Source of the DNA: Spirochaetia bacterium
GTDB taxonomy: Bacteria; Spirochaetota; Spirochaetia; SZUA-6; Bin103
Reading direction: 5' to 3'
Length of the DNA: 64,000 nucleotides
Assembly (NCBI GenBank): GCA_965203905.1
Contig: CBDBDQ010000005.1
Span: forward strand, 4,320,001 to 4,384,000
In this document: piece after piece, positions 37,973 to 47,080 of the stretch
Position numbering within the stretch: position 1 is the first letter of the stretch
Layout: every line of letters starts with the position of its first letter
Position numbers and translations under genes: made by a program
The notes under the pieces: generated by a model
Databases searched by the model: none
The model's input: the letters and a program-made list of their open reading frames with translations, nothing else
What the model was told of the DNA's origin: nothing

Positions 37973-38805
37973 TAGCAGATGCGATAGCCGTCCCGTGCCA
38001 CGAAGCCGAGGTCCTCGTAGAGCCGGATCGCCATGGTGTTGTCCAGCTTGACGAACAGCGCCGCCGACTTGCCGGCGGCGAACAGGTGCTGCAGCAGTGC
38101 GCTCAGCACGGCGCCGCCGTAACCGCGGCGCCGGCGCGCCGCCTCGGTGAACACGCCGCCGATCTGATCCACCGCGAAGCCACGGGCGTTGGTGCCCGCC
38201 TTGGCTACCGGGTGTCCGTGGATGGTCCCGAAGTAGACCAGCTCGCGCTGCAGACTGCGGCGCAGCAAGTTCCGGCACAGCTCGGCGTCGAAGCGGCTGG
38301 CGTCCAGGATCACCTCCTCCAACTCGTACGCGCGCTGCAGCTCGAACAGTCTGCGGGCATCGCGCGGCCGGGCGCGGTGAATCTGCAGTTCGGGCGGCAG
38401 CGGCGGGGGCTGGAAGCTGGCGGCGGCCACCGTCATCAGGCTGTAGTCGACCGTGGCATAGCCGCGTCCGAGCAGTTCCTGAATCCGCAGCACGTCGCCG
38501 CGCGTGCCCATGACCGACTGCGGGCTGCGGCAGTAGCGCCGGATCAGCGGCCGCAGCGCCGGCGGCAGCGGGCGCCCGTCTCGCAGTGCCGGGAGCACCA
38601 GGCCGGTCCGCGTCACCAGCACCGCCGAGGGATGCTCGGCGGCGCCCTGTTCCAGCACCACGGTCCAGGCCCGGCGCTGCCAGCGGTGCCACCAGCCGCC
38701 GCCGGTGAGGCGCGCGCTGAACGGCACGTAGGCCCACTCGCGCCGGCGCAGGCTGCGCACCACCCGTTCCAGGTCGGTGGCCTCCGCGTAGCGCCAGCCC
38801 ATCAT
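37960..38805 (-). CDS. GNAT family N-acetyltransferase
   Basis: 'QIGGVFT...RRRGYG', 'LFVK..N..A.RLYEDLGF'. Confidence 0.88.
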   Translation of the reverse strand: MMGWRYAEATDLERVVRSLRRREWAYVPFSARLTGGGWWHRWQRRAWTVVLEQGAAEHPSAVLVTRTGLVLPALRDGRPLPPALRPLIRRYCRSPQSVMGTRGDVLRIQELLGRGYATVDYSLMTVAAASFQPPPLPPELQIHRARPRDARRLFELQRAYELEEVILDASRFDAELCRNLLRRSLQRELVYFGTIHGHPVAKAGTNARGFAVDQIGGVFTEAARRRRGYGGAVLSALLQHLFAAGKSAALFVKLDNTMAIRLYEDLGFVARDGYRICYYRA

Positions 38806-40598
38806 GGTGCCGCGGCGGTGGCAACGGTGGCGGCGGCTGGCGTGACGATGCCGAAGTCGAGCGGCAACCGGCCGGTGGCCCGGTAATCGCCGGCGAGCAC
38901 GGCAAAGCCGGCGTCGAACGAGGCGGCGCTGGTGCCGTACACCGCGATCGCGGTGCGTACCCACGGCACCCGGCGCAGATACACGGGGGTCAACGCGGAC
39001 ACCACTACGACCCGTTCGGCCAGCGGCTCCAGCCGCTCCAGGATGTCGAGGCTGTTGTAGTTGGCCAGCTCGAAGATCACCGTGTCGTAGTCGCGGGCGA
39101 GGGAGGGGATCAGGCTGAGGTGCGGTTCGCGGGCGTAGTAGAACGGTGAATAGGGGATGGTCGCTACACGGGCTTGCGGATAGCGGCGGACTCCCGCGTC
39201 CACGAAGGCGTGGTGCTGGCCCACCAGCAACATGTCACCGCGCTCCTGCGGCAGCGGCAGGGAGCCGCCGTTGCGGACCACGGTGACCGCGCGCGCGGCG
39301 CTGGCGAAGAAGAACTCCCGCGCTCCCGGCGCCGGCACCAGCTCCTCCGGCCGCCCGCCGGTCGGTCCCAGCGGCGCCGGGGGAGTCGCGGTCACGGCCA
39401 GCCGCTTGCCTTCCAGCACCCGTTGCGCCGCATCCAGGACCCGGAGCCGGAAGTCGGCGTCGTCGCGCATGCGCCGCCGCGCCAGCTCCCAGGCACGGCG
39501 TTGCCAGTCGGGCGTGTGCGCGATCATCACCAGGTCGTTGCCGGCGTTCAGCGCCGCCACGGCCGCCTGTGCCGGCGACCCGGCGGCTTCCACGGCGCCG
39601 TACATCTCCAGGTCGTCCGTAATCACGATCCCCGTGAATCCCAGCCGTTCGCGCAGCAGGTCGCGCACGAACAACGGCGAGAGCGACGCCGAGTCATCGT
39701 TCCCCGTGATCTTGGGAAAGGCGAGGTGACCGGTCATGACCGCCGGCAGTCCCTCGCGCGCCAGGAACCGGTAGGGAACCAGCTCGCGCTGCCACAGCTG
39801 CTCCAGATCGGCAGCGACCCGTGGCAACACCAGGTGTGAATCGCGGTCGGCCGCGCCGTGGCCGGGGAAGTGCTTGGCGGTAGCCATGACACCGGCGCTG
39901 CGGAGTCCGCGGAAGAACGCCACCGCCAGCAGCCCGGTCTGCACCGGGTCGGAGCTGAAGGCGCGCGGCCCGATCACCGTGGCGTCGGGGTCGGAGTACA
40001 CGTCGACGGTCGGCGCGAAGTTCATGTTGATGCCGAGCGCCGCCAGCTCGGCACCGAGGTAGCGGCCGGTCTGGAAGGCGTCCGCCGCGAGCCCGGTGGC
40101 GCCGAGGGCGAGATTGCCCGGCGTCTGCGACGCGGAGTGCTTGATGTGACGGATCCAGCCTCCTTCCTGGTCGGTGGCGATGAGCAACGGAATCTGCCGC
40201 GGCTGCCGGCGCGCCGCCTCCTGGAGCGCGGCCGTGGTGGTGGCGAGCTGCTGCAGGCTCGCCACGTTGCGGGGAAAGATCTTCACGCCGCCAAGGCTGC
40301 GCTCCTCGATCCAGCGCCGCAGGTAGGGTGGAATGGCGGTGTCCGGGTAGCCGAGCATGAACACCTGCCCCAGGAGCTCGTCGTCGCTCAGGGAGGACGC
40401 CAGCGCGCGCATCGCCGCCGGCGCGGAGAGCGCGTCCCAGAAGGTGGCAGGTGCGGTCCCGGCGGTGCGCTCCTGCGCGGGGGCCGGGAGCGGGCCGACC
40501 CAGGCGGCGCTCGCCAGCAGCAGCACGGCGGCGAGCGGCCGGCAACCGGCGCGCAGGGCCGCGGCCGGACCAGCCTGCGGTCGCCGGTCGCGCGTCAT
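38802..40598 (-). CDS. nagZ: Glycoside hydrolase family 3 beta-N-acetylhexosaminidase, exported
   Basis: 'DQEGG', 'KHFPGHG...DSH', 'ITDDLEM'; signal peptide; C-terminal GH3 domain. Confidence 0.85.
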   Translation of the reverse strand: MTRDRRPQAGPAAALRAGCRPLAAVLLLASAAWVGPLPAPAQERTAGTAPATFWDALSAPAAMRALASSLSDDELLGQVFMLGYPDTAIPPYLRRWIEERSLGGVKIFPRNVASLQQLATTTAALQEAARRQPRQIPLLIATDQEGGWIRHIKHSASQTPGNLALGATGLAADAFQTGRYLGAELAALGINMNFAPTVDVYSDPDATVIGPRAFSSDPVQTGLLAVAFFRGLRSAGVMATAKHFPGHGAADRDSHLVLPRVAADLEQLWQRELVPYRFLAREGLPAVMTGHLAFPKITGNDDSASLSPLFVRDLLRERLGFTGIVITDDLEMYGAVEAAGSPAQAAVAALNAGNDLVMIAHTPDWQRRAWELARRRMRDDADFRLRVLDAAQRVLEGKRLAVTATPPAPLGPTGGRPEELVPAPGAREFFFASAARAVTVVRNGGSLPLPQERGDMLLVGQHHAFVDAGVRRYPQARVATIPYSPFYYAREPHLSLIPSLARDYDTVIFELANYNSLDILERLEPLAERVVVVSALTPVYLRRVPWVRTAIAVYGTSAASFDAGFAVLAGDYRATGRLPLDFGIVTPAAATVATAAAP

Positions 40599-41401
40599 CG
40601 CGACCAGGTCCACCGGGGACAGGCGTAGCGGGTCGCTTCCAGCTCTCGCGCCAGCCGCGCTTCGGCGGCGGACAGCTGCGACCGGCGCACCTGCAGTTGG
40701 GCCGCCGCGGCGGTGGCCAGCAACTGCAGGGCCTCTTCGTGGCTGCGGTAGGAAGCGGTTTCCTGCGCTACCGAGGTGGCGGCGGCGAGCTGCCCGGGTC
40801 GGGCCACGGGACGTGGACGGAGGTAGCGCGCGATCCCGGTGTAGGCGGCGGAGAGCGGTATGCTACCGTGCTGCAGGGCCGCGTTTCGGGTGGTGGTCTG
40901 GGCGCTGCCCACCAGCTTCTTCCGTCCGGCGGTGATCTCGTACTCGGCGGTAGACCGGAAACAGTCGGGATCGGGCTCGCGCGGCGCCGTTCCCGCGGCA
41001 CCCGGCTGCACCGCGCCCCGGATACCGAGGGCTGGCAGCAGGCGCAGCAGAATCGCCGCCGAGGCGCGATACGCGGCACGCTTCCCGAACGGCTCCAGGT
41101 GATGGTGTCCGAGGACCACGGCGTAGGTAACCTCGTCGTCGTGCAGCACCGCGCGTCCTCCGGTGGGCCGGCGTACCAGTCCGACCCCGTCCCGTTGGCG
41201 CATCCCGTCGTCGCCCAGGTCGCCGGCGGACTGGAACCGGCCCAGGGACACGCAGGGCGGGGCGAATCCGTACAGCCGCAGCACCGGATCGTCGCCGGCG
41301 GACATGCACTGCAGCAACGCCTCGTCCACCGCCATGTTGCGAGGCCCAGGCTGGCGTGGATCGACCAGCAGCCGAAAGGAAAGATGGGGAAGGGGTAACA
41401 T
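40595..41401 (-). CDS. Lipoate-protein ligase / LipM-like octanoyltransferase
   Basis: 'NMAVDEAL', 'SLGRFQ', 'RRPTGGRAVLH', 'KKLVGSAQ', 'QHGSI'. Confidence 0.88.
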   Translation of the reverse strand: MLPLPHLSFRLLVDPRQPGPRNMAVDEALLQCMSAGDDPVLRLYGFAPPCVSLGRFQSAGDLGDDGMRQRDGVGLVRRPTGGRAVLHDDEVTYAVVLGHHHLEPFGKRAAYRASAAILLRLLPALGIRGAVQPGAAGTAPREPDPDCFRSTAEYEITAGRKKLVGSAQTTTRNAALQHGSIPLSAAYTGIARYLRPRPVARPGQLAAATSVAQETASYRSHEEALQLLATAAAAQLQVRRSQLSAAEARLARELEATRYACPRWTWSR

Positions 41402-41528
41402 CGCCGTGGGACCGGGAGGCAACCGCGCAAGGACCGCGGTGCCGCGCGGCCGGTGCAGCCGGTCGGCACGACGGCAGCGCCGTCGTGGCGTGACGCCAGC
41501 GTCCTGCCGTGGTAGTGTGTAACGGAAC

Positions 41529-42440
41529 ATGCGTGCTGCGCAACCTCACGCCCTGCTCATTGCCCTGGTGCTGGCGCTCGTGCCCGCCCTGTCGGTGCTC
41601 GCACAGGACCACCGGACCGGCGCCGGCCACCTGACCCACGAGCTGTGCCCGGAACGGGATTGCGGCTCCTCCGTGGTGCGGTTTCTGGAGGCTTTCCGGA
41701 GTGACGACGATGGTGACCTGGCGCGCCTGATCGACTTTCCCGTGTTTCGCGGGTATCCAGTCGTCGCACCGATTCAGCGCGACCAGTTCAGCGCACGATT
41801 CGACGACTTGTTCGATTCGGAGTTGGCGCATTTCATCATCGCGTCCGACCTCGAGGACTGGGAGATGGGCGGCTGGCGGGGGATCGTGCTGCGGGGGCCG
41901 AGAGGCGCCCACGTATGGTTGCATCACGACGGCTCGTTGCGCGGCGTGTACGGCGGTTGGAAACCCGCCTGGATCGCGGAGTGGCACCGGCTCATCAACC
42001 TGGAGCGGAGTCAGCTGCACCCCAGTCTGCACGAGTACGCGCGACCGATTCTGGACTGGGAGACGCAGAGTCACCGCATCCGCATCGACAGTCTGGCCGG
42101 CGGCAGCTACCGCTACGCTTCCTGGAAACTCGGCGCTCCGCGCAGAGCCAGGCCGGATCTGGTGCTCCAGGACGGCAGACTGTTCGGCCACGGAGGCTGC
42201 GGCAATCACCAGTACGACTTCGTTATCGGCCAGTACCTGTATCAGGTAATGATCCATAGCTGCGATGGCAGCGCCACGCCCGGAGAGTTGCTCGTGTATC
42301 GCCTCCCGGGAGGGACCGCGGCCCCCTCCTTCGGCGCGGCGCCGCCGGAGGGCTACGAGTTGCTGCGCCGGGAACCCTTCACCAGGACGCCGAACACCCT
42401 CGAAGAGCTGGCCATCGGCGCCCGCCGCAGAACCGAGTAG
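41529..42440 (+). CDS. Hypothetical secreted protein
   Basis: Signal peptide ending VLA-Q; normal codon usage; 'GWRGIVL', 'YRYASW', 'PDLVLQDG', 'GNHQYDF'. Confidence 0.75.
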   Translation: MRAAQPHALLIALVLALVPALSVLAQDHRTGAGHLTHELCPERDCGSSVVRFLEAFRSDDDGDLARLIDFPVFRGYPVVAPIQRDQFSARFDDLFDSELAHFIIASDLEDWEMGGWRGIVLRGPRGAHVWLHHDGSLRGVYGGWKPAWIAEWHRLINLERSQLHPSLHEYARPILDWETQSHRIRIDSLAGGSYRYASWKLGAPRRARPDLVLQDGRLFGHGGCGNHQYDFVIGQYLYQVMIHSCDGSATPGELLVYRLPGGTAAPSFGAAPPEGYELLRREPFTRTPNTLEELAIGARRRTE

Positions 42441-42444
42441 AGGT

Positions 42445-42672
42445 AGCCCACTTCCCGCAGTTTCGTCGATGTCCGACTGTCGGCATAAGCGTAGGCGATC
42501 CCCGGCGTACTCACAGCGGTAGGGGCGGGTGCTCCGCTCCTCCCTATCGTATCCGACCAGATGTGCACTATCTGAACTCGCAACCCTTGCGGTACGTCGT
42601 CGTACACGTATACATCCGCAAAATCGCCTCGAAGTTGCTTCTGGCGCTTCGAGAAATGTTGACTACAGCCAA
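42445..42672 (-). pseudogene. 5' relic of an STM4504/CBY_0614-type (AbiJ-related) gene
   Basis: TTG at 42672: MAVVN(I), one base short, then FSKRQKQLRGDFADVYVYDDVPQGLRVQIVHIWSDTIG. The rest of the gene is lost. Confidence 0.65.
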
Positions 42673-43952
42673 TTGGATGCCCCCTTATGCAGCGATCTGG
42701 GTGCAGCGTAGATGGTGAGCCTGGTGGCGTCGCCGATCTGTTCCAGGAGGGGGCGGCGGCCGGACAGGCGTTCGCTGTCGCGGACCAGTTTCAGGAAGCC
42801 CTCGCCGCGCGCCTCCATGTAGCTGGCGCCGCTGAGCGGGCTCTTGAAGTCGCGCATGAAGCCGGCGAGGAACTGGTTGCGGCGAGCCGGCTGGCACCCG
42901 GCGTACAGGTTCTCGATGGTGAGGGTGTTGTAAAGCGCGCCGGGGTTCTGGAATTCGATGCGGTCGGGGAACAGGCGGATGATGATCTGCGACCCGCGCG
43001 CCTCGTAGTCACGGTGGACGACGGCGTTTACCACCGCTTCCTGCAGCGCGGTCTGGGCGTAGCTCGGGTAGTCGTGGCGGCCGTCCCAGTCCTTTCTCGA
43101 TGCGGTCGGCACCAGGGCGGAGGATCGGAAGTAGGTGAGTGTCTGTGCGATCTGCTCCGGCAGCGGTCCGGTGATGCGTCTGCTGTCGACAGTCTCTCCG
43201 TCGGCCGTAGCGCCGTGGTAGGCGGCGATGTCGACGTAGGCACCGGGCAGGAATCGCTCCGGGTGCTCCGTGAACAGGAGGACTCCCAGGTGGGTCGGTG
43301 TCACGCCCGCGTCGGTGGAGATGGCGAGCTTGTGTGCGCGGAGGATGCGATCCCACTCCTCGGGGCTGGACCAGTCCGGGAAGCGGTCGCGGAAGTAGTG
43401 TTCCAGCCGCAAATCGTGCAGGTCTTCGAGCGTGCTGCCGAACACGGGCCGCTCCTCGATAGGGTTGCTCATGCGCCGGACGCTCAACATGCGCGCCAGC
43501 CGCTCGGCCGGAATCAGACGCCGGTGACTGCCGATGCGCTGCAGAAAGCGGCCGTCGCTGGTCTGGTGCAGTTCGTGGAGCGATCGCGGGATCTCGACGA
43601 TCAGGCACAGTGCAGAGGTCTCTGCCGCTCCCGGGAGATACTCCCAGTTCAGGACTGGCACGATCATCGGCACGCAGTTCTCCGTAGCGGCGTTGACCAC
43701 CAGTTGCTCGACGAGTTCCCGCCGATCAGGGTCGATCCCCACCGGTGATCGGTCACTGTCACGCACTCCCAATACCACGCGGCCGCCGTTGGTATTCGCC
43801 ATGCTCACGAACACCTCGGCAAGCCGCGCCGGGGCTCGCCCCTCGCCGGATCCGAACGAGACCCGGTTCCCCCGAAACAGGACTTCCTTCAGTTCGAGCT
43901 CGCTGTCCTCTCCGGCCCGTATGGAGTCAAGGAGTGCCGTTACGTCGACCAT
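42663..43952 (-). CDS. Schlafen/AlbA_2 domain plus HATPase_c_4 ('RecG C-terminal') protein
   Basis: 'GEDSELELKE', 'SMANTNGGRVVLGV.D', 'ALQEAVVNAVVHRDY', 'NPGAL', 'RN', 'EARGEG'. No C-terminal wHTH. Confidence 0.87.
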   Translation of the reverse strand: MVDVTALLDSIRAGEDSELELKEVLFRGNRVSFGSGEGRAPARLAEVFVSMANTNGGRVVLGVRDSDRSPVGIDPDRRELVEQLVVNAATENCVPMIVPVLNWEYLPGAAETSALCLIVEIPRSLHELHQTSDGRFLQRIGSHRRLIPAERLARMLSVRRMSNPIEERPVFGSTLEDLHDLRLEHYFRDRFPDWSSPEEWDRILRAHKLAISTDAGVTPTHLGVLLFTEHPERFLPGAYVDIAAYHGATADGETVDSRRITGPLPEQIAQTLTYFRSSALVPTASRKDWDGRHDYPSYAQTALQEAVVNAVVHRDYEARGSQIIIRLFPDRIEFQNPGALYNTLTIENLYAGCQPARRNQFLAGFMRDFKSPLSGASYMEARGEGFLKLVRDSERLSGRRPLLEQIGDATRLTIYAAPRSLHKGASNWL

Positions 43953-43998
43953 TCACCACGTCGCCCGTCCGTATCGTACCGTGATGCGGCGCAACCGG

Positions 43999-45021
43999 TC
44001 AGCCGCCGCCGTACTCATTGGCCGGGTTGCGGTAGATGGAGTGGTAGTGGCCGGCATTGGTTCCAACCCCTCCCCGGGTCGCGAATTCGACGATCAGCGT
44101 CGGACCCTGGATCCGGTAGTAGATGGAGCCGGCCGCGTCGAGCGGGCCGTTCCAGGCGAAGCGCAGTCGGGCGAGATCCGCTTCGATCTCCGCCAGCCGG
44201 CGCGCCGCGGCTGCCGGCGGCATCACTCTGACCCAGAGGCCGATCAGTTCCAGCAGCTGCCGCTGCCGCGCAGCCGGCCAGTCGGCCACGCGGCTCCCTT
44301 CGAGAGGGGGGATCTCGCCATCCGCGCCCGCGCCGGCATACAGCTCACGGGGACGGTTGCTGACCATCGCGGCCCCACGCTGGGCGTCGGGCAAGGCTGC
44401 CACCAAGGCGACGCCGCCGGTGACGTGATCGGCCAGCGGCGTCAGCTCGGCTCCGTCCACCGCGAAGGTGGCGGGTTCGATGCCGACGAAAGTGGGTGAC
44501 ATGCTGATGGCGCCTGCGCCCAGAGATACGTAGAGCGCGAGGTGGTGGCCGCCAAACTGCCAGCTCCAGTTCTGCGATTTCGCCGGCTCACCGAAGAACG
44601 CCAGCCAGTAGTTGTCCGCGCTCCAGCCCAGCCGCGATGCCCGCGGCGCAGCGGCCAGTGCGTTTTCCGCGGCCAGCACGCCCGCAATCAGATGGTAGCC
44701 GTGACCGCTCGCCGCCGCCGCGAGGAAGTCGAACAGAGCCGCGCGCTGCCGATCGCTCAGGTCGCCGACGCGTATACCGTTGCGCTCGAACCGCAGCATC
44801 CCGGCGGGCAGGTTCGACCAGTTGACTTTGAGCGGCGAGTCCGGTGGCAGCACGACCGCCGCGGACTGAGTTGTGTCGAGGGTCTCGAGGAACCGCGTGG
44901 CGGCGCTGGTGGCCGCCTCGATCTCTGCCCGGATCGCGGTATCGGCGCCCGTGGCAAGCGCCGCCGCCAGCATGGCTCCGATCGCGAACGGGCGTGCGAC
45001 AGCACGGATGGTAGTCTGCAT
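43999..45021 (-). CDS. DUF3500 domain protein, exported
   Basis: 'WSNLP', 'WSWQFGGHHL', 'SPTFVG.EP', 'YYRIQGP', 'HYHSIYRNPANEYG'; SD AGGAGG. Confidence 0.85.
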   Translation of the reverse strand: MQTTIRAVARPFAIGAMLAAALATGADTAIRAEIEAATSAATRFLETLDTTQSAAVVLPPDSPLKVNWSNLPAGMLRFERNGIRVGDLSDRQRAALFDFLAAAASGHGYHLIAGVLAAENALAAAPRASRLGWSADNYWLAFFGEPAKSQNWSWQFGGHHLALYVSLGAGAISMSPTFVGIEPATFAVDGAELTPLADHVTGGVALVAALPDAQRGAAMVSNRPRELYAGAGADGEIPPLEGSRVADWPAARQRQLLELIGLWVRVMPPAAAARRLAEIEADLARLRFAWNGPLDAAGSIYYRIQGPTLIVEFATRGGVGTNAGHYHSIYRNPANEYGGG

Positions 45022-45211
45022 CTCTCCTCCTGCGCCGGGAGCTACGGGCGGTCGGCTTTACTCCGCGGGGCGGTTTCAGTAGGTTGAGAACATACCAAGC
45101 AATAGCCCGGTTTCTCTGCCGCCTGTGCGTTGATCGGCCGCGCGTATTGATTGGCTGCGCGTCGTTGAGCACGGTGGCAATGACAGCGTAACCGGGAACT
45201 CGCGGAGGTGC

Positions 45212-46216
45212 ATGAACGTGATCACGGTGGAGGGTGTCTCCAAGCGCTACGGCCAGCATCTCGCGGTCGACAACATCAACTTCCGCGTCGACGACGGCGA
45301 GATCGTCGGCTTTCTTGGCCCCAATGGCGCCGGCAAGTCGACCACCATGAACATCATCACCGGCTATCTGTCGGCGACCGCGGGCAAGGTCACGGTGGAT
45401 GGCTACGACGTGCTGGAAGATCCGGATCGGGTGAAGCGGCGCGTCGGCTACCTGCCGGAACTGCCGCCGCTCTACGTCGACATGACGGTGCGCGAATACC
45501 TGCGCTTCGTGGCGCGGCTGAAGAAGGCGGACCGCAGCACCTGGGCCGCCCACCAGGAGCGCATCCTGGAGCTCGCCGGCATCACCCACGTGCGCGACCG
45601 CCTGATCAAGAACCTGTCCAAGGGCTACCGGCAGCGCGTCGGCTTGGCGCAGGCGCTGGTCGGCAACCCCAAGGTGCTGATTCTGGACGAGCCCACCATC
45701 GGCCTCGATCCGCACCAGATCATAGAGATCCGCAACCTGATCCGGGAGCTGGGTCACGAGCACACCATCATCCTGAGCTCGCACATCCTGCCGGAGGTGA
45801 GCGCGGTGTGCGACCGCGTGGTCATCATCAACCGCGGCCGGCTGGTGGCCTCGGATACCACCGAGAACCTCGGCAAGCGCCTGCACGACAGCAGCCAGTT
45901 CCGGCTGCGGGTAGCCGGCAGCGAGGCGGATGCGCTCACCGCCCTGAGCGGCGTGGAGGGCGTCAACGAGGTGAGCGCCCAGGGCTCCGTGGAGCAGGGC
46001 ACCGTGGACCTGCGGGTGGAGACCACCGCCGGCGCCGACCCGCGCCGTGCCATCTTTCACGCACTGAGCAAGGCCGATCTGCCGATCTACCTGATGACGG
46101 CCATGGACTACACCCTGGAAGAGATCTTCCTGCAGCTCACCACCGAAGACGCGGCCGCGGAGGCCGATGCGGATGCTACCGCCGGCGCCGTGGCCGCCGC
46201 CGAGGAGGCCGACTGA
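45212..46216 (+). CDS. ABC transporter ATP-binding protein (GldA-like)
   Basis: GPNGAGKST, 'LSKGYRQR', 'ILDEPT', 'SSHIL'. Confidence 0.92.
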   Translation: MNVITVEGVSKRYGQHLAVDNINFRVDDGEIVGFLGPNGAGKSTTMNIITGYLSATAGKVTVDGYDVLEDPDRVKRRVGYLPELPPLYVDMTVREYLRFVARLKKADRSTWAAHQERILELAGITHVRDRLIKNLSKGYRQRVGLAQALVGNPKVLILDEPTIGLDPHQIIEIRNLIRELGHEHTIILSSHILPEVSAVCDRVVIINRGRLVASDTTENLGKRLHDSSQFRLRVAGSEADALTALSGVEGVNEVSAQGSVEQGTVDLRVETTAGADPRRAIFHALSKADLPIYLMTAMDYTLEEIFLQLTTEDAAAEADADATAGAVAAAEEAD

Positions 46217-47079
46217 TGCTCGCGGTGCTGCTGCGCGAGCTGCGCGCCTACTACTTCTCGCCGATCGGCTACATCTTCATGGGCTTCTTCCTGCTGCTGG
46301 CGGGGTTCTTCTTCGCCACCGACAACGTGCTGCGCTCAAACCCGCAATTCCAGGGCGTGCTGAGCTCGATCATCTTCGTGTTCCTGGTGATCGTGCCGAT
46401 TCTCACCATGCGCCTGTTCGCGGACGAGAAGCGCCAGCGCACCGATCAGCTGCTGATGACGGTACCGGTGAGCGTGACCGGCATCGTGCTGGGCAAGTAC
46501 TTCGCCGCCGTGGGCGTGTTCCTGTTCACGCTGCTGGTCACCGTTCTCTATCCCGTGACCATGAGCTTCTTCGGGCGCCTGCCCGGCTGGGAGATCCTGG
46601 GCGGCTACATCGGGTTCTTCCTGCTCGGCTGCACCTTCATCGCCGTAGGGATGCTGATGTCCTCGCTCACCGACAACCAGGTGATCGCCGCGGTTTCCAC
46701 GTTCGCCGCCCTGTTGCTGATGTGGATCATCGACTTCGTCCAGAACGGGGTCCCGGCGGGCACCGTGCCGGGCATCGTGTTCGCCTCGGCCCTCGGAGCG
46801 CTGGTGGCACTGTGGGTCTATCTCGCCACCCGCAACCTGGTGATCACCGCGGCGATGGTGGTGATCCTGGCGGCCGCCATCGTGCTGGTCGCCTTCTCCG
46901 TGCAGGGCTTCTTCGAGACCTTCATCATCGATTTTCTGGCATGGTTCTCCCTCACCAGCCGGTTCCAGCGCTTCATGGGCGGGGTCCTGGCGCTGAGCCC
47001 GATCGTCTATTACGTCTCGTTCTCGGCCGTGCTGGTGTTTCTCACCGTGCGCGTGATCGAACGCACCAGGTGGACTTGA
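46216..47079 (+). CDS. ABC-2 permease (GldF-like)
   Basis: 'RELRAYYFSP.GY', 'PILTMRLFADEKRQRTDQLL', 'SLTDNQ'. Confidence 0.9.
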   Translation: MLAVLLRELRAYYFSPIGYIFMGFFLLLAGFFFATDNVLRSNPQFQGVLSSIIFVFLVIVPILTMRLFADEKRQRTDQLLMTVPVSVTGIVLGKYFAAVGVFLFTLLVTVLYPVTMSFFGRLPGWEILGGYIGFFLLGCTFIAVGMLMSSLTDNQVIAAVSTFAALLLMWIIDFVQNGVPAGTVPGIVFASALGALVALWVYLATRNLVITAAMVVILAAAIVLVAFSVQGFFETFIIDFLAWFSLTSRFQRFMGGVLALSPIVYYVSFSAVLVFLTVRVIERTRWT

Positions 47080-47080
47080 T

